Source: Candidatus Magasanikiibacteriota bacterium (GTDB lineage Bacteria; Patescibacteriota; Patescibacteriia; Magasanikbacterales; UBA922). From it: 64,000 bases of DNA. Each line of letters begins with the position of its first letter. Position 1 is the first letter of the stretch. Position numbers and translations under genes: made by a program. This document shows, piece after piece, positions 28,117 to 37,472 of this stretch. The notes under the pieces were generated by a model that was given only the letters and a program-made list of their open reading frames with translations, searched no databases and had not been told where the DNA came from. The stretch covers positions 210,635 to 274,634 of the forward strand of contig DMXO01000002.1 in assembly GCA_003482855.1 (NCBI GenBank), given 5' to 3'.

Positions 28117-28593
28117 CTAATTGGCTATAAGTGATTGTATAAGTGATACAACAGAATCTCGCATCTCAGCAGGAGACTGTTGCGTCTGTGCGCGCAATCG
28201 CGTCACACTCAAAACTACATTGAGATGTTTCTCTTGCATATCTTTTGGCACACGCACAGCAAGCAATGTATCCTCTACTGATGCAAGGATATTATCAATT
28301 GATTGTGAACTCTGCGTAGTATCTGAGACAATACGCGATATGCTTTCTCTATACTGTGTAACAAGTTCTTCGGACGTTGCTTGGGTATTTTGATTATCCT
28401 CGGCTTGAATATCTTGGCCAATATCGACAGATGGTGCTTGACTATCCGGTGCCACGTCTCTTTGTCTATCATGAGAAAAGAGCATCGTCACCAATATACC
28501 CACTGAAATAATAATACCAAGAGCAACAGCACCAAATACAAAAAATAACAAAAATGAAGACTGTTTTTTGTGTATAAACATATAATAATGCAA
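28117..28593 (-). CDS. membrane-anchored hypothetical protein
   Basis: Single N-terminal TM (FLLFFVFGAVALGIIISVGILV) then polar domain. Confidence 0.4.
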   Translation of the reverse strand: MHYYMFIHKKQSSFLLFFVFGAVALGIIISVGILVTMLFSHDRQRDVAPDSQAPSVDIGQDIQAEDNQNTQATSEELVTQYRESISRIVSDTTQSSQSIDNILASVEDTLLAVRVPKDMQEKHLNVVLSVTRLRAQTQQSPAEMRDSVVSLIQSLIAN

Positions 28594-28664
28594 TTATGTC
28601 ATAATAATAAACTAAGTATACAATATTTGCCTAAACCTTGCAAAATAAGAAAAAAACGCTATAC

Positions 28665-28765
28665 TAAGAACGCCTTAGCACTACAGCACCTAAGCACCTG
28701 CCTGCGCAGGCAGGCTCAAGCACTTTTTCTAAGATAAACTTTTTTGGTGCAACGTGCTTAAGTGT
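28665..28765. repeat. TAAGCAC-family motif array (copy B) with embedded perfect 18-bp palindrome cctgcctgcgcaggcagg (28697-28714)
   Basis: ctaagaacgccttagcactacagcacctaagcacctgcctgcgcaggcaggctcaagcac ... gtgcttaagtg, in divergent promoter region between minus-strand array and smpB. Confidence 0.55.
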
Positions 28766-28777
28766 TTACATTAATAT

Positions 28778-29224
28778 ATGCCCTCATACGCAAAAAATAA
28801 AAAAGCACTTTTTGACTATGAACTCCTCGAGACACTCGAGGCTGGGTTAGTATTATCTGGACATGAAGTGAAGTCGGTGCGAAGTAAACATATACGACTT
28901 GCAGGAAGCTTTATAAGCATACACGACAATGCAGCATTTCTCACCAACGCACATATAGCTATGTATAGATATGCAAATGTGAAAAACTATGACCCTACAC
29001 AGCCAAGAAAATTGTTGCTTACCAAAAAACAAATCTGTTATTTAACAGGAAAAACTCATGAAAAAGGCTTGACAATTGTGCCTCTCTCTGTCTATACTAA
29101 GGGTCGTCTACTCAAAATGGAAATAGGTATCGTTCGAGGAAAAAAGAAATACGATAAGCGAAGAATTATAAAAGAACGAGAACAGAAAAGAGAAATAGGA
29201 AGAGCAATGAAAGAAATAAATTGA
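28778..29224 (+). CDS. smpB: SsrA-binding protein SmpB
   Basis: KALFDYELLETLEAGLVLSGHEVKS... canonical SmpB; adjacent to tmRNA. Confidence 0.9.
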   Translation: MPSYAKNKKALFDYELLETLEAGLVLSGHEVKSVRSKHIRLAGSFISIHDNAAFLTNAHIAMYRYANVKNYDPTQPRKLLLTKKQICYLTGKTHEKGLTIVPLSVYTKGRLLKMEIGIVRGKKKYDKRRIIKEREQKREIGRAMKEIN

Positions 29225-29404
29225 TGATGTAACTCATCCTCAACGAAAAGTGGTACCACGAGGTGGCGCCATTGATAAATATTCTGCAACACAAAATAAA
29301 GGTATACCGCGTAGTGGCGATATTTATAGTTAATTGAGTGCCGCGTAAAACCCTAACGGGTCACGCGGCGCTCAAGTGGCTCCATAAAATTCGCCACTTT
29401 ACGC

Positions 29405-29795
29405 GGGGATGACAGGGTTCGATAGGTGGACCTATGTTATCTACTATATGCATGTCGAGGTGGTATACGATCCTCGTAAAACCCGTATACAATTCTCAAG
29501 TGCAAACTTGGTAAGTCGAGTGAAAAACGCAGTAGCGCAAGCTTTCCGCGTCCCAACATTCGCATCTGTAGTGGCCTAATAGGCCTGCTACCATCATTCC
29601 CATGATACTCGGTAATGGATGAATGGTGTCAACCTATCGAGTGTAGGATATATGTGCTTTCTGTCGCATATACTCGAAATAAATACAGGATCAGTTGATT
29701 GCTATTTTGCTGATTTCTAAGCAATCAATAAAACACCAAACCAGCTATACATGTAGATTGTGGTGGTAACCCATCTAGACCCGGGTTCAATTCCC
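29405..29795 (+). ncRNA. ssrA: tmRNA (ssrA)
   Basis: 5' GGGGATGACAGGGTTCGATAGG. 3' T-arm ccggg-ttcaatt-cccgg then acceptor catctcc pairing with 5' ggggatg incl. G3.U wobble. Internal ORF ending in stop inside ggcctaataggcc hairpin. CCA not encoded (..tccaCGA). Confidence 0.7.
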
Positions 29796-29934
29796 GGCAT
29801 CTCCACGAAAAGCGGTGCAACCGCTTTGAGTGACGCGTGATGAGCGAAGCGAATTTTACGCGTCACAACCAATAACTGCTTTTTCAACGGCACCGCCTCG
29901 TGGCGATGCCATAGTAAAATTAGCAAGGAGGATT

Positions 29935-30198
29935 ATGTATTACGTTGTTTATTTTTTAGAATCTACAAAATATCCACAACGTCATTATATAGGTTACACG
30001 ACAAATTTAAAGAATAGGATTCAATACCACAATAAAGGATTAGTTACATCGACAAAAAATTTCAAACCATGGAAAATAATATATGCTGAGATGTATCTGA
30101 ATAAAAAAGATGCAATGGGAAGAGAGAAATTTTTGAAAAGTGGATCCGGATGGAAATTTCTAAAAAAACAATTGACACATTATTTTCAAAATAAATAA
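29935..30198 (+). CDS. GIY-YIG nuclease-family protein (small, about 87 aa)
   Basis: YYVVYFLES...YIGYTTNLKNRIQYHNKG GIY-YIG motif; perfect SD aaggagg 5 nt upstream of ATG 29935 (listed ORF start 29830 is upstream extension). Confidence 0.7.
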   Translation: MYYVVYFLESTKYPQRHYIGYTTNLKNRIQYHNKGLVTSTKNFKPWKIIYAEMYLNKKDAMGREKFLKSGSGWKFLKKQLTHYFQNK

Positions 30199-30203
30199 TA
30201 TCT

Positions 30204-30752
30204 ATGAGAATATCCCGTAAAAAACGACCAGACAAACCGCTCATTCCGCATTACAAAAAAAATGCGGAGATTGCTGCTGCAGAATTACTCTTGCTTGATG
30301 AGGATGGACAACGCATTGGCGTGATGACAAGACAAGAGGCGATTGATCTCGCATTCGAAAAAGAATTTGACCTCGTAGAAATCAATCCAAAATCTGATCC
30401 TCCTGTAGCAAAACTTGTCGACTTTTCTGAATTCAAATACCAACGAGAAAAAGAGGCCCGCAAACAAAAAGCTCACTCACGAACGAGCGACACCAAAGGA
30501 GTGCGTCTCTCCATACGTATCAGTGACCATGACAAAGAAACAAAACAAAAACAGGCTGAAAAATTCCTTGACCGCGGTGACAAGGTAAAAATAGAACTCA
30601 TGCTCAGAGGAAGAGAAAATGCTCGCCCAGATCTTGCTGAAGCACTAATACGCAATTTCATTGGTAATATACAAAAGACAGTCGAGGTACGAACAGAGCA
30701 AGATATAGTTAGACAAGGAAAAACAGTAACTGCCATTATCGTAAAAAAATAG
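30204..30752 (+). CDS. infC: translation initiation factor IF-3
   Basis: Canonical IF-3 N- and C-domain sequence; followed by rpmI-rplT. Confidence 0.9.
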   Translation: MRISRKKRPDKPLIPHYKKNAEIAAAELLLLDEDGQRIGVMTRQEAIDLAFEKEFDLVEINPKSDPPVAKLVDFSEFKYQREKEARKQKAHSRTSDTKGVRLSIRISDHDKETKQKQAEKFLDRGDKVKIELMLRGRENARPDLAEALIRNFIGNIQKTVEVRTEQDIVRQGKTVTAIIVKK

Positions 30753-30879
30753 ACACCCTCAAATATGACATTCCTCCCCTACTCGGGGAGGTTTTCTATA
30801 CACAAGGAAACACCTTGACGAACGAGCCTACATACGGTATACTCATCCCGCCCTAAGGTACACATAATTTGTTTATACT

Positions 30880-31089
30880 ATGCCAAAAATGAAGACACAC
30901 AAAGCTACTGCAAAGCGATTTCGTGTGAAAAAATCATCAAAAGGTACAAAAGTCTTGAAACGCACTGACGGACAAGACCATTTTAATTCACGTGAAAGTG
31001 GCAACACAAGACGCAACAAACGGTCAGATAATACTGCTTCTGCCCCTCTTGCAAAGACTGTTTTGAAAGCATTGCCATATCAAAACTAA
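30880..31089 (+). CDS. rpmI: 50S ribosomal protein L35
   Basis: MPKMKTHKATAKRFRVKKSSKGTKVLKR. Confidence 0.9.
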   Translation: MPKMKTHKATAKRFRVKKSSKGTKVLKRTDGQDHFNSRESGNTRRNKRSDNTASAPLAKTVLKALPYQN

Positions 31090-31108
31090 TTTTTGAATTT
31101 TAAACTGT

Positions 31109-31453
31109 ATGCCACGAGTAAAACGAGGATTACACCATGTAAAACGCCGCAAAGGAATCATGAAGCGCGTAAAAGGGTTTGAGGCAGGACGCAAAAACCT
31201 CATCAAGCTCGCACAGACAGCGCAAACAAAAGCTGGAGCACACGCATATCGTGATCGCAGAGTGAAAAAACGTCTCACTCGCCAACTATGGCAAGTGAAG
31301 ATAAATGCTGCAGTTCGCGCACTTGGTATGAGCTATAGCGTATTCACCGGAGCTCTCAAAAAACACAATATCATGATTGACCGAAAAGTACTTTCTCAAA
31401 TTGCAGAAAAACACCCAGCAGTGTTTACCAAAATTGTAGAGGAAGTAAAATAA
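31109..31453 (+). CDS. rplT: 50S ribosomal protein L20
   Basis: MPRVKRGLHHVKRRKGIMKRVKGFEAGRKNLIKLAQ. Confidence 0.9.
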   Translation: MPRVKRGLHHVKRRKGIMKRVKGFEAGRKNLIKLAQTAQTKAGAHAYRDRRVKKRLTRQLWQVKINAAVRALGMSYSVFTGALKKHNIMIDRKVLSQIAEKHPAVFTKIVEEVK

Positions 31454-31486
31454 AAATGATACAATACATAACGTAGATAAAATTAA

Positions 31487-31520
31487 AACCACCCCAAATA
31501 CTCGGGTGGTTTATTTTTGC
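31487..31520 (+). terminator. rho-independent terminator after rplT
   Basis: aaccaccccaaatactcgggtggtt + tatttttg. Confidence 0.6.
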
Positions 31521-31582
31521 CTATATTTTAGTGTATAAAAAATTAATTACGAAATAAGTATATCACAAAAAATAACAAACAA

Positions 31583-31625
31583 AAAAAGCACTCCGCATTA
31601 CCGGAGCGCTTTGATAAGTACTATT
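31583..31625 (-). terminator. rho-independent terminator after rplL
   Basis: agcactccgcattaccggagcgct hairpin followed (minus strand) by TTTTTTTGTTTG. Confidence 0.5.
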
Positions 31626-31631
31626 GAAGTA

Positions 31632-32033
31632 TTATTTCAATGTTACTTTTCCACCTGCTTCTTCAATCTTTTTCTTCATCGCTTCTGCTTCTTCTTTCTT
31701 TACATTTTCTTTGACATTCTTTGGAGCGCCATCTACAAGTCCTTTTGCATCAGCAAGTCCAAGACCAGTGATTTCTTTTACTACTTTGATAACACCGATC
31801 TTGTTGTCACCAACTGCAGTAAGTTCAACATTAAATTCTGTTTTTTCTTCGGCAGCAGGAGCAGCAGCAGCAGGACCAGCCATCATCATGGCAGGAGCAG
31901 CAGCTGATACGCCAAATTTTTCTTCAAAAACTTTTACAAGTTCTGCGAGATCGAGTACAGACATCTTTTCAACTTCACTGACGAGTGATTGAAATTTTGC
32001 TGGTACTTCGACAACTTTTTTTTCGTCTGACAT
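31632..32033 (-). CDS. rplL: 50S ribosomal protein L7/L12
   Basis: [42 protein letters not shown]... Confidence 0.9.
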   Translation of the reverse strand: MSDEKKVVEVPAKFQSLVSEVEKMSVLDLAELVKVFEEKFGVSAAAPAMMMAGPAAAAPAAEEKTEFNVELTAVGDNKIGVIKVVKEITGLGLADAKGLVDGAPKNVKENVKKEEAEAMKKKIEEAGGKVTLK

Positions 32034-32132
32034 AGTATGTATGTTATAAATGTTTTAATTGTTGTAGATGTTGTAATTGATATTCATTTCCAACAAACGA
32101 AGTGATACAACATCTTAACAGCTTTAACTTTC

Positions 32133-32654
32133 TTACGCTTTCGCGTCTTTGATATTGTTTAATACACTTACAAGCCCGCGCAAATTGCCGGCAAGTACAT
32201 TTACAAAGCCAGATATTGGCGCATTGAGAGAGCCAACCATCTTTGCGAGGAGTTCGTCTTTGCTTGGTAGTTTGGATAACTCGGTGACTTTGGTTGAATC
32301 AATCGCCTGTCCTTCGAGCATACCACCAAACATATGTACAATCTCATGACTTTTTGCAAACTTTGCAACGATTTGTGCAGGGGCTACTTCATCTTGTAAA
32401 CCAAGTACGACAGCAGGACTGCCCTCGAATACTTTGGTATCAACATCAAATCCGATTTCCTTGAGAGCACGCTTGAGAAGCGTCTTCTTGGTCGCGACAT
32501 ATGTCACGTTTTGTGCGCGACACATATTGCGAAGCTCTTCAGACTCTTTGACCTTGAGACCCTGAAAATTTGCAAAAACCGCTGACTTTGCTGTTTTCAA
32601 GCCTTCAGCTAATTCTTGTATAGCTTGTTCTTTTGTTTGTCTTGTCTTAGCCAT
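32133..32654 (-). CDS. rplJ: 50S ribosomal protein L10
   Basis: Canonical L10 sequence, upstream of rplL. Confidence 0.9.
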   Translation of the reverse strand: MAKTRQTKEQAIQELAEGLKTAKSAVFANFQGLKVKESEELRNMCRAQNVTYVATKKTLLKRALKEIGFDVDTKVFEGSPAVVLGLQDEVAPAQIVAKFAKSHEIVHMFGGMLEGQAIDSTKVTELSKLPSKDELLAKMVGSLNAPISGFVNVLAGNLRGLVSVLNNIKDAKA

Positions 32655-32845
32655 AATATCTAAGTCTTCTAAGCTCTCTAAGCTTTCTCAGTTCTTCTGA
32701 GATTAGCATAGTGCTTAGTATAAAAAAACTGTGGTTGTAAACCACAGACACTCTGTAACCCTCGACCTTTTTGTCTAGCTAAAATAATTTAGAAAACCTA
32801 GATAGCTTAGACGACTTAGAGGTTACCTCGGCAGGAAATTGAGTC
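32655..32845 (-). promoter_or_regulatory. putative rplJ 5' leader (L10-leader-like) containing 9-mer tandem repeats and GNRA-type hairpin
   Basis: tctaagtcttctaagctctctaagctttctcag tandem units; perfect hairpin ctgtggtt-gtaa-accacag; position upstream of rplJ. Confidence 0.35.
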
Positions 32846-33101
32846 TTGCGACACCTGCTGTCTATGGTAGAACGAGTATACATCAAGCCTGTATTTCTGT
32901 CAAGTAACCGAATGTATCACCTCAATCATATAAATAAATTATACAAAAATCCAGCACATTTTCGTACTGGATTTCATGTGTCCAATACTTCTCGGTATTC
33001 CAGAAAATATATTGTATTACATTCTCTGGGTCACGACCGAGAAGCGGGCGGACCAAATCTTTATTCTTTGGTCTCCTCTTAAGATCAAGCCGACGAGTCT
33101 T

Positions 33102-33392
33102 CTAGTTCGGCTGCCGGCGATTTGGGTGTCGATAGTCGCGGTAGATCCAGATGACGAAGACCACGACACCGATTGAGAGGACGGAGACCCACCAGTACTC
33201 CATGGCGAACTCCGCGACACGGTTGTCCGCGACCTGATATTTCCAGGCCTTGACCTTGTCGATCTGAGCCATCTCGATCAGGCCGATGAGCACCCTGATC
33301 GGCATGACGACGTAGAGTCCTACCAGGGCCGTGGCGATAATGCCGTAGGCCATCGATAGAACGAGTCGGCCGAACTCTTCGATGATGAACAT
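33102..33392 (-). CDS. small two-TM membrane protein encoded in an orphan ~57% GC patch
   Basis: MFIIEEFGRLVLSMAYGIIATALVGLYVVMPIRVLIGLI... ; local GC clearly above flanks; longer ORF start 33461 also possible. Confidence 0.4.
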   Translation of the reverse strand: MFIIEEFGRLVLSMAYGIIATALVGLYVVMPIRVLIGLIEMAQIDKVKAWKYQVADNRVAEFAMEYWWVSVLSIGVVVFVIWIYRDYRHPNRRQPN

Positions 33393-33496
33393 CTGAGGAG
33401 CCCTCCAGTAGCCCGAGGTAGAATCGATCCGCGTCCAGATTTGGACCAAAAAATATAACACAAAAAAAAGCTTTTGTCAAGCTTTACTTATGTGTG

Positions 33497-33517
33497 ATTG
33501 TGGTAGCGCCACGGGGA
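33497..33517. repeat. partial direct duplicate of tRNA-Glu 3' end (…gatttccccgtggcgctaCCA), att-site-like
   Basis: Plus strand tggtagcgccacggggaaatc vs tRNA 3' end tgtagcgccacggggaatcgaacc at 33677-33700. Confidence 0.6.
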
Positions 33518-33647
33518 AATCTCACTCGTCGCTTCGCTCCTCCTGGGAAAACCTTCGGGTTTTCCCAACCTTTCCTCAGAAAGAGAAAACTCCCGTTTTC
33601 TCCCTTTCCCGTTCGATTCCCCTCATCGAACCCCAACAAAAACAAAA

Positions 33648-33676
33648 AACGAGCTTACGGCTCGGTTTTTGTTTTT
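33648..33676. terminator. bidirectional hairpin terminator (cgagc-ttacg-gctcg flanked by A/T runs)
   Basis: aaaaaacgagcttacggctcggtttttgtttttg. Confidence 0.5.
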
Positions 33677-33677
33677 G

Positions 33678-33749
33678 TAGCGCCACGGGGAATCGAACCC
33701 CGATTACCAGGATGAAAACCTGATGTCCTAACCATTAGACGATGACGCC
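33678..33749 (-). tRNA. tRNA-Glu (anticodon TTC)
   Basis: Manual fold: acceptor ggcgtca/tggcgct, D-arm gtct-aatggtta-ggac, anticodon stem tcagg/cctgg with loop ttTTCat, T-arm cgggg-ttcgatt-ccccg, discriminator A. Confidence 0.8.
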
Positions 33750-33877
33750 ATAACAAACGCAAATAGTATATATAAAAACAAAAAAAATGTCAATGAACAA
33801 CCAGAGGATAATATTGCTTTTTCTCAACATATGACCTATAGTAACAATACAAGTTATTACTAACACATATATTATAT

Positions 33878-34804
33878 ATGAATACAACTACCAAAATACT
33901 CATAAGTCTCGTAGCTATTACAGGCATATTGGGTTTAACTATAGTAATTTTGAGATTTTCTTCGCCCGAAGATACGTGGATATGTAGTGACCAAGGCTGG
34001 ATAAAACATGGCAATCCAAGCAATGCGATGCCTACCTCAGGATGTGACAATGACAATAAAAATCCAATAACATCAACTAATAATCAATATGCCAATGATA
34101 TAGTTGTTGATATACCCCACACAAACCAAGAAATATCGAGTCCGTTCACTATTACAGGCAAAGCACGCGGAACATGGTATTTCGAAGGATCATTCCCTAT
34201 ACAACTTTTTGATAATCAAGGAAATAAACTTGCGGATAGCTATGCAATGTCTCAGGGTGAATGGATGACTACTGAATTTGTACCATTCACTTCGACGCTT
34301 ACCTTTGATATAGGTGAAGCGACTTCAGGAATACTTGTAATAAAAAATGATAACCCCTCTGATAATCGAACACTTGATAAAGAAATACGTATTCCCCTAC
34401 TATTCAAACAAGAAACTACACAAGTTTTGGTATTTTTTAATAATATAGAAAGAGATCCTGGACTCGTGGATTGCTCTGTAGTGTATGGCGTGTCGCGGAC
34501 AATCAAAAAAACACAAGCAATAGGTCGTGCCACTCTTGAGCAACTATTCAAAGGCATTTCCAAAGAGGAAGAATCAGAAGGCTTTGTAGATAATATACCC
34601 GCTGGAGTGACAATACAAAAACTAACCATAGAAAATGGGGTTGCAAAAGTTGATCTTAGCAAAGAACTAGAACAAGGAGTTGGTGGGTCATGCCGTGTGA
34701 CCGCTATCCGAGCCCAAATCACTGAAACGCTCAAACAATTCCCTACAGTAAGTGAGGTAATTATCTCAATAGACGGCCGAACTGAGGATATTTTACAACC
34801 ATAA
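33878..34804 (+). CDS. GerM-like lipoprotein (Gmad2 Ig-like + GerMN domains)
   Basis: N-terminal TM/signal. PFTITGKARGTWYFEGSFPIQLFD (Gmad2-like). VLVFFNN...DCSVVYGVSRTI (GerMN-like). Confidence 0.55.
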   Translation: MNTTTKILISLVAITGILGLTIVILRFSSPEDTWICSDQGWIKHGNPSNAMPTSGCDNDNKNPITSTNNQYANDIVVDIPHTNQEISSPFTITGKARGTWYFEGSFPIQLFDNQGNKLADSYAMSQGEWMTTEFVPFTSTLTFDIGEATSGILVIKNDNPSDNRTLDKEIRIPLLFKQETTQVLVFFNNIERDPGLVDCSVVYGVSRTIKKTQAIGRATLEQLFKGISKEEESEGFVDNIPAGVTIQKLTIENGVAKVDLSKELEQGVGGSCRVTAIRAQITETLKQFPTVSEVIISIDGRTEDILQP

Positions 34805-35102
34805 GTCACACTTGAATAAACCATATAAAACAGGTACTATAAGGTGGCTATAATAGCCACCTTTATCATATGAATACATCAAAAACAAAACAGAATTATC
34901 CGTCGGTTATTTTACAAAGTATGGTGATGGCGGCGTTGATCTACTTCCGATTGAAGACGGTAAGGATCTCGAGGAATTTGAAGAACGTGATGTAGAAACA
35001 GATGATAAAACATGCGGGACATAAATTAAAAATGTCTAAAATTTGTAGTCTGTCATCCACTCTCCGCTTAGGGCGGATCGGTCGGAATGGCAATAAGAAA
35101 AT

Positions 35103-36464
35103 ATGAAAAAAGCCCTCTTTATCGGCCGCTTCCAACCATTTCATCAGGGGCACTTGGATGCTCTAAAACAAATCTCTGAATCCGAGGTTATTATTGGCAT
35201 TGGCAGTTCACAATACAGTGAAACTGACGACAATCCGTTGAGTTTTGAGGAGCGCAAAAAAATAATTGAAGAAAAACTTAAAAATTTAAATCTAAACTAC
35301 AAAATCATTGGCATCCCTGATATCCACGAAGAAACAGAATGGGTTGATCATGTAAAAAAAATAGTTGGAAATTTTGATATGGTTTATACCGGCAATGAAT
35401 TGGTACAGACATTGTTTGAACAAAAAGGATATGTGGTCCATGGAATCAAAAAAAATATTGACATCAGTGCCACAGAAATACGCACAGAAGCCAAACGACT
35501 TTTCGAAAAATTAGGAAAAACCAAACGCACTTTTAGTTATTGTCTGGGCATAGCGCCTATTACTCTTGAAATAAACCGACTCAAAAAAAAACAAAACGCA
35601 ATCATCCTCGCCCACTCGTACCAAACAACCGACATTATGTACGGTGTTGCAGACTTTATTGGTGACTCATACGGGCTCGCAAAGATTGCATCACAACATG
35701 ATGCACAAAAAATAATTTTCTGTTCTGTTCATTTCATGGGTGAAACTGCAAAAATTCTTAATCCTGAAAAAGAAGTCTTCGTTCCTGCGGTTGCAGGATG
35801 TTCTTTGGCAGAAAGCATTACTGCCGAAGATGTACGAAACTTAAAAACAAGATATCCGGGAATACCCGTGGTTACCTATGTAAATACAAGCGCTGAAGTA
35901 AAAGCAGAGAGCGACATCTGTTGTACTTCGTCTAACGCGCTAAAGATTATTGAATCATTGCCGGATGAAACTATCATCTTCATTCCAGACATTCTCATGG
36001 GTCAAAATTTACAAAAACAAACAAAGAAAAAACTAATCTTATGGAATGGTACCTGTATTGTTCACGAACAATTTGATCGTCAGGCAGTAGACAATATCCG
36101 TGCACAATTCCCCGGTACCAAAATTCTCGCACATTACGAATGTACATCTTCTGTTGCGGATGCAGTAGATATGGTTGGTAGCACAGGAGATATGCTCAAA
36201 TATGTAAAAGAAAATCCAGCAGAACACTATATGCTCATCACAGAATGTGGAATTACTGACAGAGTTCAAACAGAATTTCCAGACAAACACATTGTAGGTA
36301 GTTGTCAGCTGTGTCCATATATGAAACAGATCAAGTTGGAGGATGTGTTGAATGCACTTAAAAGTCCTAAGAAAGAACAGATTATTGAATTGGATAAAGA
36401 AATTTTAGAAAAAGCGAAGAAAAGTTTGGACAGAATGATGGAAATAAGTACCAAAGCAAAATAA
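35103..36464 (+). CDS. nadA: bifunctional fusion: NMN adenylyltransferase (archaeal-type NadM, N-term) + quinolinate synthase NadA (C-term)
   Basis: N-term GRFQPFHQGHLDAL cytidylyltransferase motif. C-term ILAHSYQ..HFMGETAKIL..CIVHEQF NadA signatures. Single uninterrupted 453-aa ORF. Confidence 0.75.
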   Translation: MKKALFIGRFQPFHQGHLDALKQISESEVIIGIGSSQYSETDDNPLSFEERKKIIEEKLKNLNLNYKIIGIPDIHEETEWVDHVKKIVGNFDMVYTGNELVQTLFEQKGYVVHGIKKNIDISATEIRTEAKRLFEKLGKTKRTFSYCLGIAPITLEINRLKKKQNAIILAHSYQTTDIMYGVADFIGDSYGLAKIASQHDAQKIIFCSVHFMGETAKILNPEKEVFVPAVAGCSLAESITAEDVRNLKTRYPGIPVVTYVNTSAEVKAESDICCTSSNALKIIESLPDETIIFIPDILMGQNLQKQTKKKLILWNGTCIVHEQFDRQAVDNIRAQFPGTKILAHYECTSSVADAVDMVGSTGDMLKYVKENPAEHYMLITECGITDRVQTEFPDKHIVGSCQLCPYMKQIKLEDVLNALKSPKKEQIIELDKEILEKAKKSLDRMMEISTKAK

Positions 36465-36553
36465 GCAGAATAAGGATTGGAACAAAAATTGCTTAATCTG
36501 CTTACTGACTTAATCTACTTGATTAATAAACAAAAAAAACGGGACAATAGTAT

Positions 36554-37429
36554 ATGACCAAACGCCAAAAACTCACAAAACACTTCAATCAATACGAAAA
36601 GCTCACGCTCAAAAATCCAAAATACCTCCGCCAAGTCAAACGTCTGACAGAGGATTTTTTGGCTGAAGATTTGGATACCCGGGGTGATATTACGAGTGAC
36701 ACAGTAATAAAAGGAAACCCAAAAGTCACAGCTATAGTAAAGGCAAAAGAAAACGGCATTGTCGCTGGATTAGAAGAAACAAAATGGTTTCTTACAAGCT
36801 ACAAGCTACAAGCTACGAGTTACAAAAAAGATGGAAATAAAGTAGGAAAGGGAGAAAAAATATTTCAACTTAAAGGTGGTATAAAAGATGTTCTAAAAAT
36901 TGAACGGACAATTCTCAATCTACTTCAAAGAATGTCAGGTATCGCAACACAGACTACCAAACTTGTTAAACTTACCCACGGTAAAGTCCTTATCTGCCCT
37001 ACCCGTAAAACACAATGGGGCCTACTTGATAAAAAAGCCGTTGTTCTCGGTGGCGGAGGAACACATCGGCTTGGACTTTACGATTGGATTTTGGTAAAAG
37101 ATAATCACATCACTCACTCTAAAACCTATAACCTAAAACCTATAACCTCTTTCTGGGAGATTGAAGCAAAAACAAAAAAACAAGTTTTAGAATTTGCCAA
37201 ATTAAATCCAGATGCTATCATGTTTGATAATTTTAAACCAAAAAATATCAAAGGGATATTAGAAGATACTGAGATATTGAGATATTCAAAAGATATCATT
37301 TTTGAAGTGTCGGGTGGAATTACGGAAAAAAATATTACCGAGTATGCAAAAACTGGAGTGGATATTATTTCGCTCGGTTCACTCACCCACTCTACAAAGG
37401 CTTTAGATATTAGTTTAGACATTATTTAA
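36554..37429 (+). CDS. nadC: nicotinate-nucleotide (quinolinate) pyrophosphorylase
   Basis: LQRMSGIATQT...LGGGGTHRLGLYDWILVKDNHI; carries in-frame heptamer repeat insertions. Confidence 0.85.
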   Translation: MTKRQKLTKHFNQYEKLTLKNPKYLRQVKRLTEDFLAEDLDTRGDITSDTVIKGNPKVTAIVKAKENGIVAGLEETKWFLTSYKLQATSYKKDGNKVGKGEKIFQLKGGIKDVLKIERTILNLLQRMSGIATQTTKLVKLTHGKVLICPTRKTQWGLLDKKAVVLGGGGTHRLGLYDWILVKDNHITHSKTYNLKPITSFWEIEAKTKKQVLEFAKLNPDAIMFDNFKPKNIKGILEDTEILRYSKDIIFEVSGGITEKNITEYAKTGVDIISLGSLTHSTKALDISLDII

Positions 37430-37472
37430 AACTACTTACTATTTACTGCTTACTATTTACTAAAACTATTCT

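Noticed and set aside
29830-29934. N-terminal extension of GIY-YIG ORF overlapping tmRNA-downstream hairpins
   Set aside because: A perfect SD+ATG at 29935 marks the real start. The upstream part overlaps structured noncoding sequence
33085-33480. 131-aa Arg-rich frame in the small GC-rich patch
   Set aside because: It has low-complexity Arg/Gly/His composition. The overlapping 33102..33461 frame encodes credible TM helices instead
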